Shown: positions 22,054 through 34,753 of the stretch, piece after piece
Layout: every line of letters starts with the position of its first letter
How positions within the stretch are numbered: the stretch's first letter is position 1
Assembly: GCA_040437565.1 (NCBI GenBank)
Contig: JBDOQK010000025.1
Location: 248,001 to 312,000 of the forward strand
DNA length: 64,000 nt
Source of the DNA: Albugo candida
Taxonomy: Eukaryota
Reading direction: 5' to 3'
Program-made: the position numbers and the translations under genes
The notes under the pieces: model-generated
Told to the model about the DNA's origin: nothing
The model's input: only the letters and a program-made list of their open reading frames with translations
Database searches by the model: none

Positions 22054-24886
22054 TAGTGCAGGACATCTATAACCATCAACTTTTTAGGGGTCCTTCGAAC
22101 TGTATCACAGCCAGCAGAATTTAGTTTGATCAAAATCTGGCTCTGGCACAGGGAACTAGAGATAGAAAGCTGTAAGATTACAGAGCAGATATGGGATTTC
22201 TAAAACCGAGAGATTTTATAGGGATTTGGCTCAAGCAGCATGATTTTGGTCGTCCCAAAAATGAACCCCAAAAATAGGATAGCCAATCAGAGGACACCAA
22301 ATATCACATTATAGTCAATCAAATCGCTCAACGTCAAGCTAATCAACAACGTATTAAATCACTTAGCACCTGTATAAACAGTCGATCCCCGTTGTTATTT
22401 GATTACAGATACAGTTTTTTTAGAGATCATATGTGAAATTCATTCATTTTGCCCCAATCACGTTGATGTCCATCATGATAGAGTTGGGAACTCGACGGTG
22501 GGATCGGTATTTCTTCACGGCGTGTTCAGCAGCCTTCCCCGTCAAATCCTTCCGATATACATCCATGTATCGAAAACATTTCTGTACATGGCGTCAAATG
22601 GTTTTGAGGGGGACGGATTCCAGAGCCTTAAGAACTGTGCTAACCAGGCCTTTCCAGCTGTAGTCGCAGTTTTTGCGAGCATAAACCTTTGCAGCACCAC
22701 AGAAGTTCTCAATGAAGTTCAACTCACAGTGAAACTTTGGTTAAAATATTATCATGTGTCCAGCATCAACGATTAGTTCTTCCAACATGCATTTCTGCTC
22801 CATATAGTCATGTCCGTGGTCAATCGTATTTCTTGCAAAGCACATTGTTGAGCCAAGGCACTTGTCATTGCAACGGAGGCGCATTCCATCTTTTCGCAGT
22901 CCTCTCTCAGTTAAAACCACTTTCAATCCCTTTGGCAACCCTAAAGAGATAGAAGGGTTAAAATACATGATTCAATGGATAGCATTTCAACTCAATAGCT
23001 CTTTCACCTTAAAGAGTAACATTAGGATGAGTTTCAGGGAAACACATTGGATGAACTGTGCCATCTTTCATTCTCCCATTGCGCATCTTCGGCTGTTTTC
23101 CACCTGATCTCAAATTCATTCTTTTCCTGACAAGGGCATCAGTAGCAAATGCAGCATGACTTGCAGCATTGTCAAATGCACAGAGGGCTTTGGATGTGGG
23201 ATACTGTGCCTCAAAGATTGGAATTGCACGATCTCTCACCTGTTTGAAAAGATCTTCACAAGTCCACCACCCATCATAATTCTTGCCAGTATGCATAATA
23301 ACATACGCTTCTTTTGGGACGCTGGGATGCTCGAGCTGCTTCAGATCACTCAGTAATAGGCGACCCCCAACATCAGAAAAAAATTCGCTGACATGGATTG
23401 ATCTTCCAGCATCTTCTTTTCGAAGTGGTTGCTGACCATCCTGCAGCCATAGATTCTTCTGACCATCGTGTGCCGCGAAGGTGCTTTCATCGTGTGTTAC
23501 AAGAATGATCGGCTCTCCCACTGGCCAGGTTTCTATCTCCATCTCCTTCCCTGAGAAAATTGGCATCTGCACTTCAAGATCCGCCATGCGCTTCAAGAAG
23601 ATAGTACGGTATTCAAGAACGTCGGGACGTTCATGCCCATCCACGAACATGTCTTTGCGAACTTCGGAATACTGTAGTCCCAGTCTCTGCATCCATCGAG
23701 TTGCGCTTTTACCAGAAATCACTTTGTTTCTTCCTGCATTGGGAAGAATTTGATGATTGACATGCTCGGTGAATTCAGCGGGGCTGATTTTGAACTTGTT
23801 CTGAAGGAGATAAAATCGAACCCTATCAAGAATATCTTCGTCCATCAAAAGGCTGTGTGACTTGACATGTTGGCCTTGCTTGCTGTTCGGAAGATCACCA
23901 GTGGCGAGATACATGGTTTTCCAAGTGCGAAGCAATCGCAATAGAAAAAACCATGATCCTTTACCGACTGCCTGGGAAACGAGTCCCGAGGCTTGAAGCT
24001 TCTAAACAAATGAAGCATTATTAAACTAATGAAATGTCAATACAAAAAATTAACAGCCTCAACTTACAGGATAGCCCTTGAAAAGGAGACGGAAGTAAGA
24101 TGCGATGGCAGCCAGTCATGCACACTGAGCTTTGTTGGTTGTTTGTTTGGCCTTCTGGTCAAGGTTCAACATTCCAGCGTCCAGGTGTCCCTCGTTCTTG
24201 TCATCAACTTTGTTATCATCCTCATCCTCGTCATCAGTTTGTCTGCTTTCGTTCTCATTGTCTGAATCAGCTTGTGCTCCTGAGTGATAAACTGAAATTA
24301 TGTCTCGAGTCGGCGAGAATCAAGTGCAGCATTGCCGTTTTCTGCACGTTTTCGTCGCTGAGAACGGCTCGACTTCCCAATGTACCGACCCGGACGGCTC
24401 GAAATAAAGTGTAATTTCAGTGCGGCAGAGTCTGCTTCATTATCAGTGAAACCCTCAGCCTCTTCAACCTCAAGCTCTGAATCTTCGTCCACTTCCACCT
24501 CCATATCAGCAGGCCAAAAACTTGGCTTATTGAAATCGGGAGGCTGGCCAAGTTTTCTATCAAAATTGCTAGGGTCGCATATCGTTCTGACAACCTCAAT
24601 TCGAACTTTTTTCGATGCTCTGGCCAGTTCCAGCTGCTGTGAACGTTTTGTGGGTGGCGCCATTGTGGTGGTAGCGACGGGGTGCAATGGTAAATGTAAG
24701 GTGAACGCGGAAAAGAAAATAACCAAGAAATATATTTTATATAATTTTTTCGACATTGATCTACACTAATCTTGATTGGCTGAAAAACAAGGTTTTGTCA
24801 GGTCAAGAGTATAGGCTGCATAAAATTGAAAATTTCGAATTTGGCCGCGAAAAGCAGGAGTTGATGGTTATAGGTGTCTCGCACTA
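22054..24886 (-). mobile_element. IS630/Tc1/mariner-superfamily DNA transposon with 28-bp TIRs and TA TSD
   Basis: Left TIR TAGTGCAGGACATCTATAACCATCAACT (22054-22081) matches the right TIR (24859-24886) with 3 mismatches. TA flanks both ends (22052-53, 24887-88). Confidence 0.93.
22444..24663 (-). pseudogene. Intron-containing DDE transposase with in-frame stops
   Basis: Motifs FVDGHERPDV, VTHDESTF (D1), AFDNAASH (D2), [11 protein letters not shown] (E), KKYRSHRR. GT-AG introns at 22941-23007 and ~24002-24068. Premature stops, e.g. 23009-23011. Confidence 0.88.
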
Positions 24887-27665
24887 TACACATATGCTTG
24901 GATCTACTTTTATCAGGTTATGAAACCTAATTTTCGTGCACGTTTCATCATCCTCGCATCTTATATGTACCTACACATGAATAATAGGAATTAGTTGTTT
25001 CCATCTACCGAGTATAGCAATACATTCCGTGCGACGATCTCACAATATATCCATTCAGGCCAAAAAAGCGGTGAAGTGATTGCTTGCTTTACAGCGTCCA
25101 AGAAAGCCAAACACTTGCTTTCAAAACTGTATGAGTGATACCAACTACTATTCGCTGCATTAAACGGCAAAGAAAATGCAGACTCCATGTACTGAATTGA
25201 AGTATGAAAACGGGATAATCCAAATCCGAAAATCAAACCGACAGCGTGGTCGGGAAAGGTACCAAAGTCCACCATCGTGATAGAGTGATATTGGATCTAC
25301 TTCGCGGTTGTGGTGCAAAGACTATGCATAAATGTCACTCATACTGATAGCAATATTTCAGCTGTGTGAAGTATTCGATCACCTAAAAAGCATTTACTCA
25401 TGATAAGTAATTAATATTCAAGTTCGTGCTTTAGCGATGCACCTCCTGCTGAGTATGACTACCTCCTCAATATATCTGTTCATCACGTGATAATGACAGA
25501 CTTGAAACCCACAAAGCCAAGAAGCTGAGACGTGGGAACATGCTTTTTCAAGTTATCCCACAGCCAAGAGACTGATTAGGCAAATGAAAAAATTTATCGA
25601 CCAAGGTCAAGAGCGGGCAACACAACTCGGACGATTTTTTGCGTGACAATTCAATATCACAAGAAAAGCGTTGAGTGTTTTACAGTGATTTTGAGGACGG
25701 CTTAGGCGATGGCTGCCACAAGTATCGAACACCATGACATCCGCAAGGATCGGGTTCTCTAGTCGATCGTCTGTCATTTGCTACCCAGAATCGGAAGTAA
25801 TATCGGTATGATCGTGCCAGCATGGTAGAAGGCACAAGGCGCATGTGAAACGTGGCAAAGCATGCGATCACTTGCCAATTTTCAGTTATGAGGTAGGCTA
25901 AACGCCGTACCACACGTCTGTCTGGATCCGGCGTTCAAAGTCCCATTGCAAAAACAAGAAATTTATGGCAAAATGATACAACCACTGCGTAAGAACGTTA
26001 AAAGGAATGCCTGGACAGTGGCCCCGATAAATACCAAGTTGTCGAGTACTGCGAACCGCAGCAAAAGCGATATTGCTGCCGATTAATACCAAGTAGGCGA
26101 CCTCCTCTCGCGAAGTTATGAGTACGCAACACATGGTCTCACGGAAGCGCTTGTCCCGATGAAGAATCGAATTGAATATATTATGATTAATACGGCTAGT
26201 TTCTGCGATAAGCCACAGGACAAAATACTTTGTCTATTTTATATTTCGTCGCAATTGTGGTCACTATAAAACATGCAGAATTAGTTCAACATAGATGCAA
26301 GATCAAATAAAACACGACGGGGGTTGCTCCAACGATGTTTTGCCGCGCTTTCGGTCTTTAAGAGGATGTCGATCTGATACCACTACTTTTTTATGAAGGC
26401 TAAGTATACGGTATTGAATGGAATGGATTTCTCTTAGAGTAGTCTATCAAGATCGAACTCTCAGCTTCCTAAAAATCCAGACGGAGCTATAAATCTCTGA
26501 AAATCGATACGACGAATTCTCGAACCTGTTCCAATGTAGCCATGGAAATGAATATGCTCTGTTTCTGTTGGGTTTGTATACGATCTGAGAGAGTCAAAAG
26601 CGTGGCATAGAAGAACGAAATACTTTTTCTTCTTGCTTTGAACACGAAGAAAATATTGTGATGTGTCCTTGTCCACTTGTCAAGCCCATGTAGTAGTTGG
26701 GTAACTTCTATATAAAGTCCACCCAGCTATTGATCTATTAGTGTAGTGATGCTTCGTTCGTAGGCTATGTATCGCTATCTTAGAAATAAGAGGATTTTGC
26801 ATACCTAAGCTCTGCCATGAGACTCGTCCGTCAAGCATATGCCAAACACTTTCCAGTTCAATATATACTTAGCAAGTTTACAATACAGGACCCGATATGT
26901 GTGATATCACACTGGGTTTGGCATATGGTATCGACGGCATTGAAGCATATTTATAATGCCAATTATAATACATCAATCAATTTGATGCCACAAGTTGAAA
27001 TACTTGTGCTCCCAAAAAACCATGCTTTCCAAAATTGCTGTTCTTCCATGTCGACGTGGCGCGACGATAAATTATTATCGGCTTTTAAGGCCTCAAGTAG
27101 GCTGAATGGGTTATAATGATTACGTTGAAGCAGTCGTTCAATGCGGCAGAACAAGTGTCGAAGCAGCGGAAGAGAACTGTTGAGAAAATGCATGCTTTTT
27201 GCTGTATGGTCATGTGCTAGGCAGGTTTGATGTGATGGTATCTTCGTCCTTGCAACTAGGATCACGCGTAGGAAGCGCGTCAAGATCAAAACGAGAGATA
27301 CTAACCCATCGTAGAAACTTCAATTGAGAATTGAGAAGTCTATATGTGTCTGGCTAAAGAAATCACCAGATACTTGAACAAATTTTCCCACCCAATACGA
27401 TTGAATCAAACGTATCGGACACGCCATGGTTTAACCCAACGCCAAGGGCAGGAATTATATACAACTACAGCGACAGGCATAATATATACCCAAAATAGAA
27501 CGCTATTTTGCGTGGTGGCTTAAATATGTGAAAGTCGTGGGATTTCGCCAATTTTCAAATGAGTTGTATTCCAAGTAGCTGCGTCTCATGATGAGTAAGA
27601 ACGAGAAACTGTCGGAGCCTGGATCACTTATATTGAACAACCATTATTTGAGTAATGCTACATTG

Positions 27666-29360
27666 TCACAGAGATACATTGCGTAATAAAAACTGCTTGA
27701 TCATCTCAAGCGAGGCTTCAGGTTGATCTCTCGTCACAAAGTGGCCCGAATTAGTCATTACAAGATATGTCAGATTTCCGGTGGCCTTAATCAATCCAGC
27801 AATTTGACCACTGAAAGCCCAAGGTTTTCGGATTGATTGCTGATATTGAGTTGTACCAGTCCACGCAAGTCGATCAATCATGCGAGTCACACCCAGATTA
27901 TTGGATAACGACCCATCGAGATTTCCAGCGTAAAACAAACAGCGATAGTGGTCCAACAAAATTCGTGTAACATCGATTGGTACATCCAAAATCTCATCAG
28001 CGAACAGGTGGCGTGCCAACGCCGGAGCACCATTTGAGATACCAAACTGTGCACCATCAATCGAGCTCCACGAAACACCGAGAGGAACATGTAATGCTCG
28101 ACGAGTAGCATCATCGTTAAAGTAAGCGGAAAGTTGTTGTATGGTCGTCGCATAAGGATCTCCAGATTTTCGAATATCATATATGAATGGATTCCCGGCG
28201 TTTTGGTATATCTATGTACGAATAATGAAATAAGACTTGAATTTCGGCTTCGGGGATGAATTGACTTACTTTGGTCTGAACGGAATGACAGATACGAAAA
28301 GCATCAATGTTACGTCCTTGTCGATGGAATTCTTCGCAAGCGCTTATAGCTTGATTTGCAGCCTCAAATTCCTGAGAGTCAATGAGTCCGAGTGCTATGG
28401 CGTAATCAGGAATGGAACGAGTTTGCAAAACAGGCCATAAAATCCCATTCCCAATGGCCAAGCCATGTAATTGTATCCTGATACTGTCACCTTCGAGCTT
28501 GTGATTTTGACGGTGTATATAGTGCGATAAATATGAGACGTATTTTCCAGCATAGGACTCACCACATATGTAAACAGGATTGTGGAGGAAGGACGGATGC
28601 TTCTCAAAAAATAAAACAAGTGCTTGATATAGTTGCGACGCCATCTCACTTTGAGTGTTGACGTAATCACTATCATCTCTTACATAAGAGTATCCCGTCC
28701 CCGCAGGCTGATCGATAAAAAGCATATGAGCAACATTTGTCCAAGTATTCAAGTGTGGGATCAGCTTTCCATTGGGTGTGAGGCGATAAGGACCCATTCC
28801 CGTAAGAAGGCCTACCATGGAAGATGTACCAGGTCCCCCATTGAGCCATACTAACAGAGGAGTGTCTTTATTTTTCTTTCTTGCTTGGGTCTCGAAAAAC
28901 CAGTAGAAGAGATTTCTATCTTTTTCCGCATTCAATTTCAAAAGCCCTGCATACTGAATTTCTTTTGGTCTCCCAAATCCCGGTAAAAAATCCACGAGAT
29001 CATCTCCTTCGTCAGAAACAAAGAGCTTCGCACCCAACGATAAAGGTGGATTGTCTGCCAAAGAAACGACTATCACAGAGGATGGAAAGGAAATTGAATA
29101 AGACTAAGGCATAAGTTACCAATCAGAGGAGTGAGATTCCCAAAGTCGGAGTGGGAAGCATCGGAAGAAGATGGAGTCGAAGGAATGATCGTCCAAGCAA
29201 GCCCGAACATAAAAAATCCAGCGACTATCCACTGAATGATAAAAGAGTCTTTGATTATCGATTTAAAGCGCTTAATATGAAGACGCATAACGGATATCGG
29301 TCGATGCAACCTGTGAGCATTCACAGGTGTCAATTCCGTCGACCTGTAGCCATGAGCCAT
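27666..29360 (-). CDS. Serine carboxypeptidase (peptidase S10) with N-terminal membrane anchor, multi-exon
   Basis: LFYWFFE, WLNGGPGTSS, FIDQPAGTGYSY, GESYAG (catalytic Ser), NSGHFV (His); first intron 29070-29119. Confidence 0.92.
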
Positions 29361-29482
29361 AGTTTGCTACGTTCGAAATTTCAATTACATGTGTACCACA
29401 TAACGTCTACGGATTCCTGTGTTTTGATGTGAACGACCACTATTCTAGTGCATTGTGGCTGAAGCGCGGGAAATTCGTGGAA

Positions 29483-31471
29483 ATGGATATGCTCATGCAC
29501 GCTGCGACACTCAAACGAAAGACAAGGTCAGACGCTAAAAAGGAACGATATGAATGGAGTAGAAGAAAAGGTGTCGATTTTGGCGAATGCACACGAGCGT
29601 CAGAAGATATTTATCAAGAAACTCTCGCTAGAATCACATGTCAAGGACGTAAAACGCTGCGAAGCAGCGCACAAACACGTGCGCTTTACGTCTCTGAGTC
29701 CGAAAAGTGCCCAGATACTCCTCCACAACAGATTATGAGATCGCAATCGTCAAGAAAACGCATGATAAATTTCTCTCCTGAACGTCCACAAGCACAAAAG
29801 TTCATGTTGACAGATCCTGAATACGATGCCGAAAATATCTCTCAGAGCTGCAACATTGAAAGTAGCACAGTCGTGATGAAATCGTCGAATATTGAAAAGC
29901 CGATTTGCTCTGATTTGGCTCTTAGTCAATCCGATTTTGCTCTCAGCGAAACTTTAGAGTTTTCCACCATCCCATCGCCTCAGACAACATTACCGGCAGA
30001 TACCAACGATGAGGAATTTGATGGAGTTGTGTGTTCCGCTAAAGAAACGTGCTCGATGATTTCCGATAAAGCCTGGAGCGATGGACAGGACCTTCTCAAT
30101 TTTTCTCGAGAATCTCCATCAAAAGGTACAGAATTGCCCACAGACTCGGGAGTATCCCAAAGTATCGAACCGGAAGAGATAACACTTTTATCATCTTCTG
30201 AAGGCTTCACAAGCTCGTCTGTAATGGAAGATGTTGGTTTATTCAATTGTGAGTATGACGTCGACTACTCCGGAGGAGTTTACGGTGAAGGGACAGACGG
30301 TACAGTTGTGGCAGCAATGATTCGTGGCCACAAAGTAGCTTTAAAAAAAGCAAAACCAAGTAAGGGCTTCTCACAATTTGACGCCAAACAAAGAAGTGCA
30401 GTGGAATTGTATTACTTGCGCAGAGTTAGAAATGTCCCAGGTTTTGTCCAGTGTTTAGGCGTTTGTGATGGGATTGATCATACATGTATAGCCTTGGAAG
30501 TCATGAATGGAAAACTCAGCGAATACTTACGTCGTCATGGTCAACAGATGAAAGGCTTCCAAAGTAAACGGCGGTATACGCTTCCATTTGAGACAACCAA
30601 AGCAATGATCAGACAGATATGTAAACCAATGATCATACTACATGAACAACTAGATATTGCTCATAACGATCTGGCCTGTCGTAATATTTTACTACGAACA
30701 CCGCCAAAAGGATACGAGTCAGACTGGGAGCCAATACTTAAACTCTCCGACTTTGGACGCGTGAGAAGTCGAGAGGAAGAACCTCCGTTATTCGAAGTTC
30801 CGTTCAGCTTTTACAAAAATGTCGACATCGGCTGCTTTGCTAGGGAAATTCTATATCGTTTACTGGTTGGCGAGCCTATTCCAAAAGAGTACATGCAGAC
30901 AAGATCTATTCAAAATCATGTGGAAGACATTGTAGTCGTGGACCTTCCTTCCAATATTCATGATGCCTTGGGACCTTTCAAATCGCTTTTTTTTCGATGT
31001 AGCGGATGGGGGATACGTCCTTCTTTTCGAGAGATTCAAGATCATTTGCAAGATTTGGAGTTTTTCGATAGCATTGGCAATAGCCCTTTTCCATTGAAAC
31101 CCGATCATCCACTATCACAAGTAACAAAATCCCAAACATCTTTTTCATCTCCCGTCATTACAACAACGCAACATCGCACACGAAAAATACGAATTGAGAC
31201 GCCGTCTACCCTCACTCCACAATTCAATCGAAAAAATGCAAAAGGGACAGTAAATTGGCTTAAAGCAAGATCAACGTATCGTCCGGTCGGACCACGAAAG
31301 CTTCCCATACAGAAATTGGACAAGTGCTATCGTACAAATACATCATCTACTCAAAAAGATGAATTACGAGTCACACCTCAGTCTGCCACCAAAGCTTCCC
31401 GTCGATCGATGCAGATACTCAACAAAATCACGCAACAGCATTTGCAGAAGAAGAGAGGGCATGATGGATGA
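29483..31471 (+). CDS. Protein kinase with tyrosine-kinase-like catalytic loop and long low-complexity N- and C-termini
   Basis: YGEGTDGTV, VALK, HNDLACRNILL, LSDFG, RPSF. The first ATG is at 29483 (the ORF track starts at GTG 29429). Confidence 0.88.
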   Translation: MDMLMHAATLKRKTRSDAKKERYEWSRRKGVDFGECTRASEDIYQETLARITCQGRKTLRSSAQTRALYVSESEKCPDTPPQQIMRSQSSRKRMINFSPERPQAQKFMLTDPEYDAENISQSCNIESSTVVMKSSNIEKPICSDLALSQSDFALSETLEFSTIPSPQTTLPADTNDEEFDGVVCSAKETCSMISDKAWSDGQDLLNFSRESPSKGTELPTDSGVSQSIEPEEITLLSSSEGFTSSSVMEDVGLFNCEYDVDYSGGVYGEGTDGTVVAAMIRGHKVALKKAKPSKGFSQFDAKQRSAVELYYLRRVRNVPGFVQCLGVCDGIDHTCIALEVMNGKLSEYLRRHGQQMKGFQSKRRYTLPFETTKAMIRQICKPMIILHEQLDIAHNDLACRNILLRTPPKGYESDWEPILKLSDFGRVRSREEEPPLFEVPFSFYKNVDIGCFAREILYRLLVGEPIPKEYMQTRSIQNHVEDIVVVDLPSNIHDALGPFKSLFFRCSGWGIRPSFREIQDHLQDLEFFDSIGNSPFPLKPDHPLSQVTKSQTSFSSPVITTTQHRTRKIRIETPSTLTPQFNRKNAKGTVNWLKARSTYRPVGPRKLPIQKLDKCYRTNTSSTQKDELRVTPQSATKASRRSMQILNKITQQHLQKKRGHDG

Positions 31472-31677
31472 TTAGTGGCTGTCAATTCAGGATGAAAACA
31501 ATAAGCGATGGCACATTGTGATAACAACGCTCGTGACTTGATGGGAATCTATCGAAGTAGTCGCTCAGTACGATTACGTCCATGTGGCCTTACAGAGCAC
31601 AATTGGTTGAAAACAGATTTTATTTTGTACCAATCAGTTTTATAATTATAACGATAATCGATAGGTGATAAAGGCAA

Positions 31678-32720
31678 ATGGATTCTTGGGGTACGATGTC
31701 CTCTCCGGAATCGCTGCAATGTACATATAAATTTTCATTCGCGTAGATGATGATGAGTATGAAGTACCAGCGTACGTGGTTTAGATTTACTACCGTAATA
31801 ACCGAAAATGACAATTGGTCATGTACTCGTAATACAAGTGTACTATCTGAAGCACCAAAAGTCAGCTGGGAGGATGAAGAAGAACCAGAGAGTAAAGAAG
31901 AAGTCAAACAAGATGTCGAAAAAAGTCTGCCCACTAAACCCAAGCAAGTAAGCTGATCTCTTTCCGCTACTGAAGATAATTAAAGCTGGGATGTGCATTT
32001 GAAGGCAAAGAAGAACAAGTTGAAAGAGCTTCGAGAGAAACAGAAACAGGATATTGAACAAACCAAGATGCTTCTACAGGCACAGACATTGGCAACTCCG
32101 GAGGAGCAAAAAGCACATGTTCAAAAGCTGGTGGAGAATGCAGACTTTGATTCCGCAGCCGATATTTTTGGTGCAGATTTCATCAGGAAGGATCGTGATT
32201 TGGAACAGGTCACCCGGGATGAGAAAAGTTCTAATAAGACTGAAAAAACTGACATTGAAGCTACTATCAGTAAAATGCGTTTGGCAACCGAAGCCGACGC
32301 AGAAAGATTAGGAAACGTGGTGGCCAGCAAGCTGATCGCATCTCCTGTACATTACATATATCAACTTGGCTCAAAAACTTGGTCTGACCGCACTATTCGT
32401 GTAGAACACAAAATCCGCCCTGAGCTGCTTGAAGCTGATCATTACCAGAGGTTCGACGAATCTGACAGCAGAAGATATGAAAGAGCTGACAACGATTATC
32501 AATGTAAGCGCCCACCGACGGTGATGAGTCAAACTAAACGACTCCGTATTTGCAGGTGATCAAAAACGACAAAATTGCCGCAACGAAACCGAAAGGAAAA
32601 AAGAAAAAGCAAACAGGAAAGCAAGGATATACTAAAGTAGAATATGGGAAGGATGCGGACGGGCTGAACGATTACATTGACAATTATGATGAGTTTGATC
32701 AATTCGATGAATTCATGTGA
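31678..32720 (+). CDS. eIF3j: Translation initiation factor eIF3 subunit J, multi-exon
   Basis: Spliced start MDSW-DDDEYEVP, SWEDEEE, QKLVENADFDSAADIFG, and acidic C-terminus DDYIDNYDEFDQFDEFM*. Confidence 0.85.
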
Positions 32721-32851
32721 AGGAAATAGAGTCATCCCAACTGATCGCCATGTCCTTCTCGTTGAAGCGTTCTGAGATGTTTTTGTAAGCGCGCAAAACT
32801 TTTCAAATCCCAGCACCATTCCTTCGAGCGCAAGCACTGCTAGATACTGTT

Positions 32852-34753
32852 TTATCTTGAGCTGTCATCACTAAAGCAAGGAAGCTTTTGGAGATGCCGC
32901 ATGGAATCCATTTTACGTAAAGCTTGGAGATAATTCTCATCAGCTGACAACCAGTCTGCCTTGAGTAAGCCTTCCTTGAAATCTCCGTATTCTTCTGGCC
33001 TGCTGTACTGGAATATACTTTCTGGATTTAATGACCACACGAATCCTCCAGCCCAATCGGGACTACTGATTATATCGATGATGATGTCAAGTGTCCGCTG
33101 AGTAGTTTTTTTCGGGTGTTGATCCTTCGAGTATAAACCACCAAATTCGCCCATGAGCAATGCAGGACCAGATTTAGAAGCCAGAAAGCCAAACATACTT
33201 TCCATCGTTCCTTCGATACGCTTCCTCAAAGTTTTGTTGGAGAGCTCTATATACGCATCTAGCAAGCCTGTGGTCTCGTCTCTATGCGGCTGAGCATAGA
33301 AATAATCCTGTGGGTACACAGATGAGGAGTAATAGTGGGGAGCCCAAACGAGTTTTTGATGATGGTTAAAATGCACACCAATATTTTCAACTCCGGCTAG
33401 ACCACCTCCATACCAGTCATTGTATTCTATGAGTTTTCCGTCAATAATGGCTTCTCGACTTTCAAACACTCCTTCGACGAATGCGAGCCACTTCGAACAG
33501 CCTGCGAGCATTCGATTCCCGATCGTTTCAGCTGCTTTAACGAAATCTGTCTCAGTTCCATCGCCCCATGTTGCTTCAAACGGCTCATTTTTCAAATCAA
33601 CACCAAGCACGTTCCAATACTCATCGCTGCATAAGTTTGAAGTCACAAGGTCCACCGCTGTGAGGTAGTCTTTGTAGGAAATCTCTTCGTTGTACCAGAG
33701 ACCACCAGTGTCCGCAACAGTTAGGGTGTGTAAACTAAGAACCACGGATATTTCGCGATATTGTAGTGCTCTGATGATGCTTTTCAATAACGAAAAATAG
33801 CTGCTAATTGATATTGCACGATTTTCATTGCGATTAATCAGAGTTGGGTTGGGTGCTTGATTCGTTAGAATATGTTGTATCATTAAAGGCAAGCGAACGG
33901 AATTAAAGTTGTTGCCGGACAAGAACGCAGCGATCTGATACTAAATTTAATCAGGATTGTCATGGAAGAGATCAAACGTGATTTGAGCTAAGACACATAC
34001 TGCGGTCGTTCCATTATTTGTATTTTGCCACAATCCAAACGGAATAGCATTCAATCTGAAGAAAACACGCTTAATCCAGATAGAGTTGGCGTGCAATGAC
34101 ATACTCTTCCATTCCGAACCTAATATCGACATCACATCATAACGAAACAGATTCATACTGCAGCAAAGTGACTCACCAGTTGATGCCTTTGATAGTAAAT
34201 GGCACTTCTGTTCCATTATCAGCTACTGCATATAATTTTCCATTCTTACTCAAATAATTTGGCAACTTGCAATCTGTTCGTTGCAATCAAACTCAATCCA
34301 TCTGTTGCGTGACGTCAGATCAAAAGCGGTACCTGTTGCCGGATACTGCTTGGGGTTTCCAATAATACCATCATCCGATACTAGATCAGGCACATCGAGT
34401 TCTGATCCACCGCGTATTTTGTGACGATTGAATTTGAAACGCGCAGCTCTCCGTGCTTGCTCCTGCCGGGCTTGCCGATTTTTGTATGCACCAAATGGAA
34501 TGAAAAAAATCGCAGCGCCAAGAAGTAGCAGCAATAACGTGAGCCCGGGCCAGGTGCGGATTCTACCCTTATACTTTATTGGTTCCAGGGAAGTGCGAAT
34601 ATTGTCATCAACACAAGATGCGCGAATGATACCGTTCTTTTCGGTCAAAATGCTCATTGACGGACGTGGTGAATTAGCTTCTGTTGACAGGCAGCTGTAC
34701 CGATACAAAGAGAGCATTTCTTTTTCAATTACCGAGTCACGTGGGTACGGCAT
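32852..34753 (-). CDS. Glycoside hydrolase family 5 (endoglucanase-like) with N-terminal transmembrane anchor, multi-exon
   Basis: FNSVRLP, GVDLKNEP (acid/base Glu), WAPHYY, MGEFGG (nucleophile), WSLNPES; hydrophobic WPGLTLLLLLLGAAIFFIP. Confidence 0.92.

Larger units (their letters stand above)
17577..24890 (+). mobile_element. Degenerate full-length Ty1/copia LTR retrotransposon whose 3' LTR is split by a DNA transposon
   Basis: 5' LTR 17577-17713 (TG...CA); PBS GGTTATGAGCCC at 17714; PPT GAGGGGAG at 21798-21805; 3' LTR runs 21806-22053, with its final CA at 24889-24890. Flanks TACAT/CATAT form an imperfect TSD. Confidence 0.93.

Noticed and set aside
24914-24927. CAGGTTATGAAACC resembling a second copia PBS
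   Set aside because: Partial match with no preceding LTR end or following gag; probably chance.
24900-27600. Cys-containing fragments such as TCFQNC and ECF suggesting another CCG relic
   Set aside because: Too fragmentary to distinguish from chance without a profile search.
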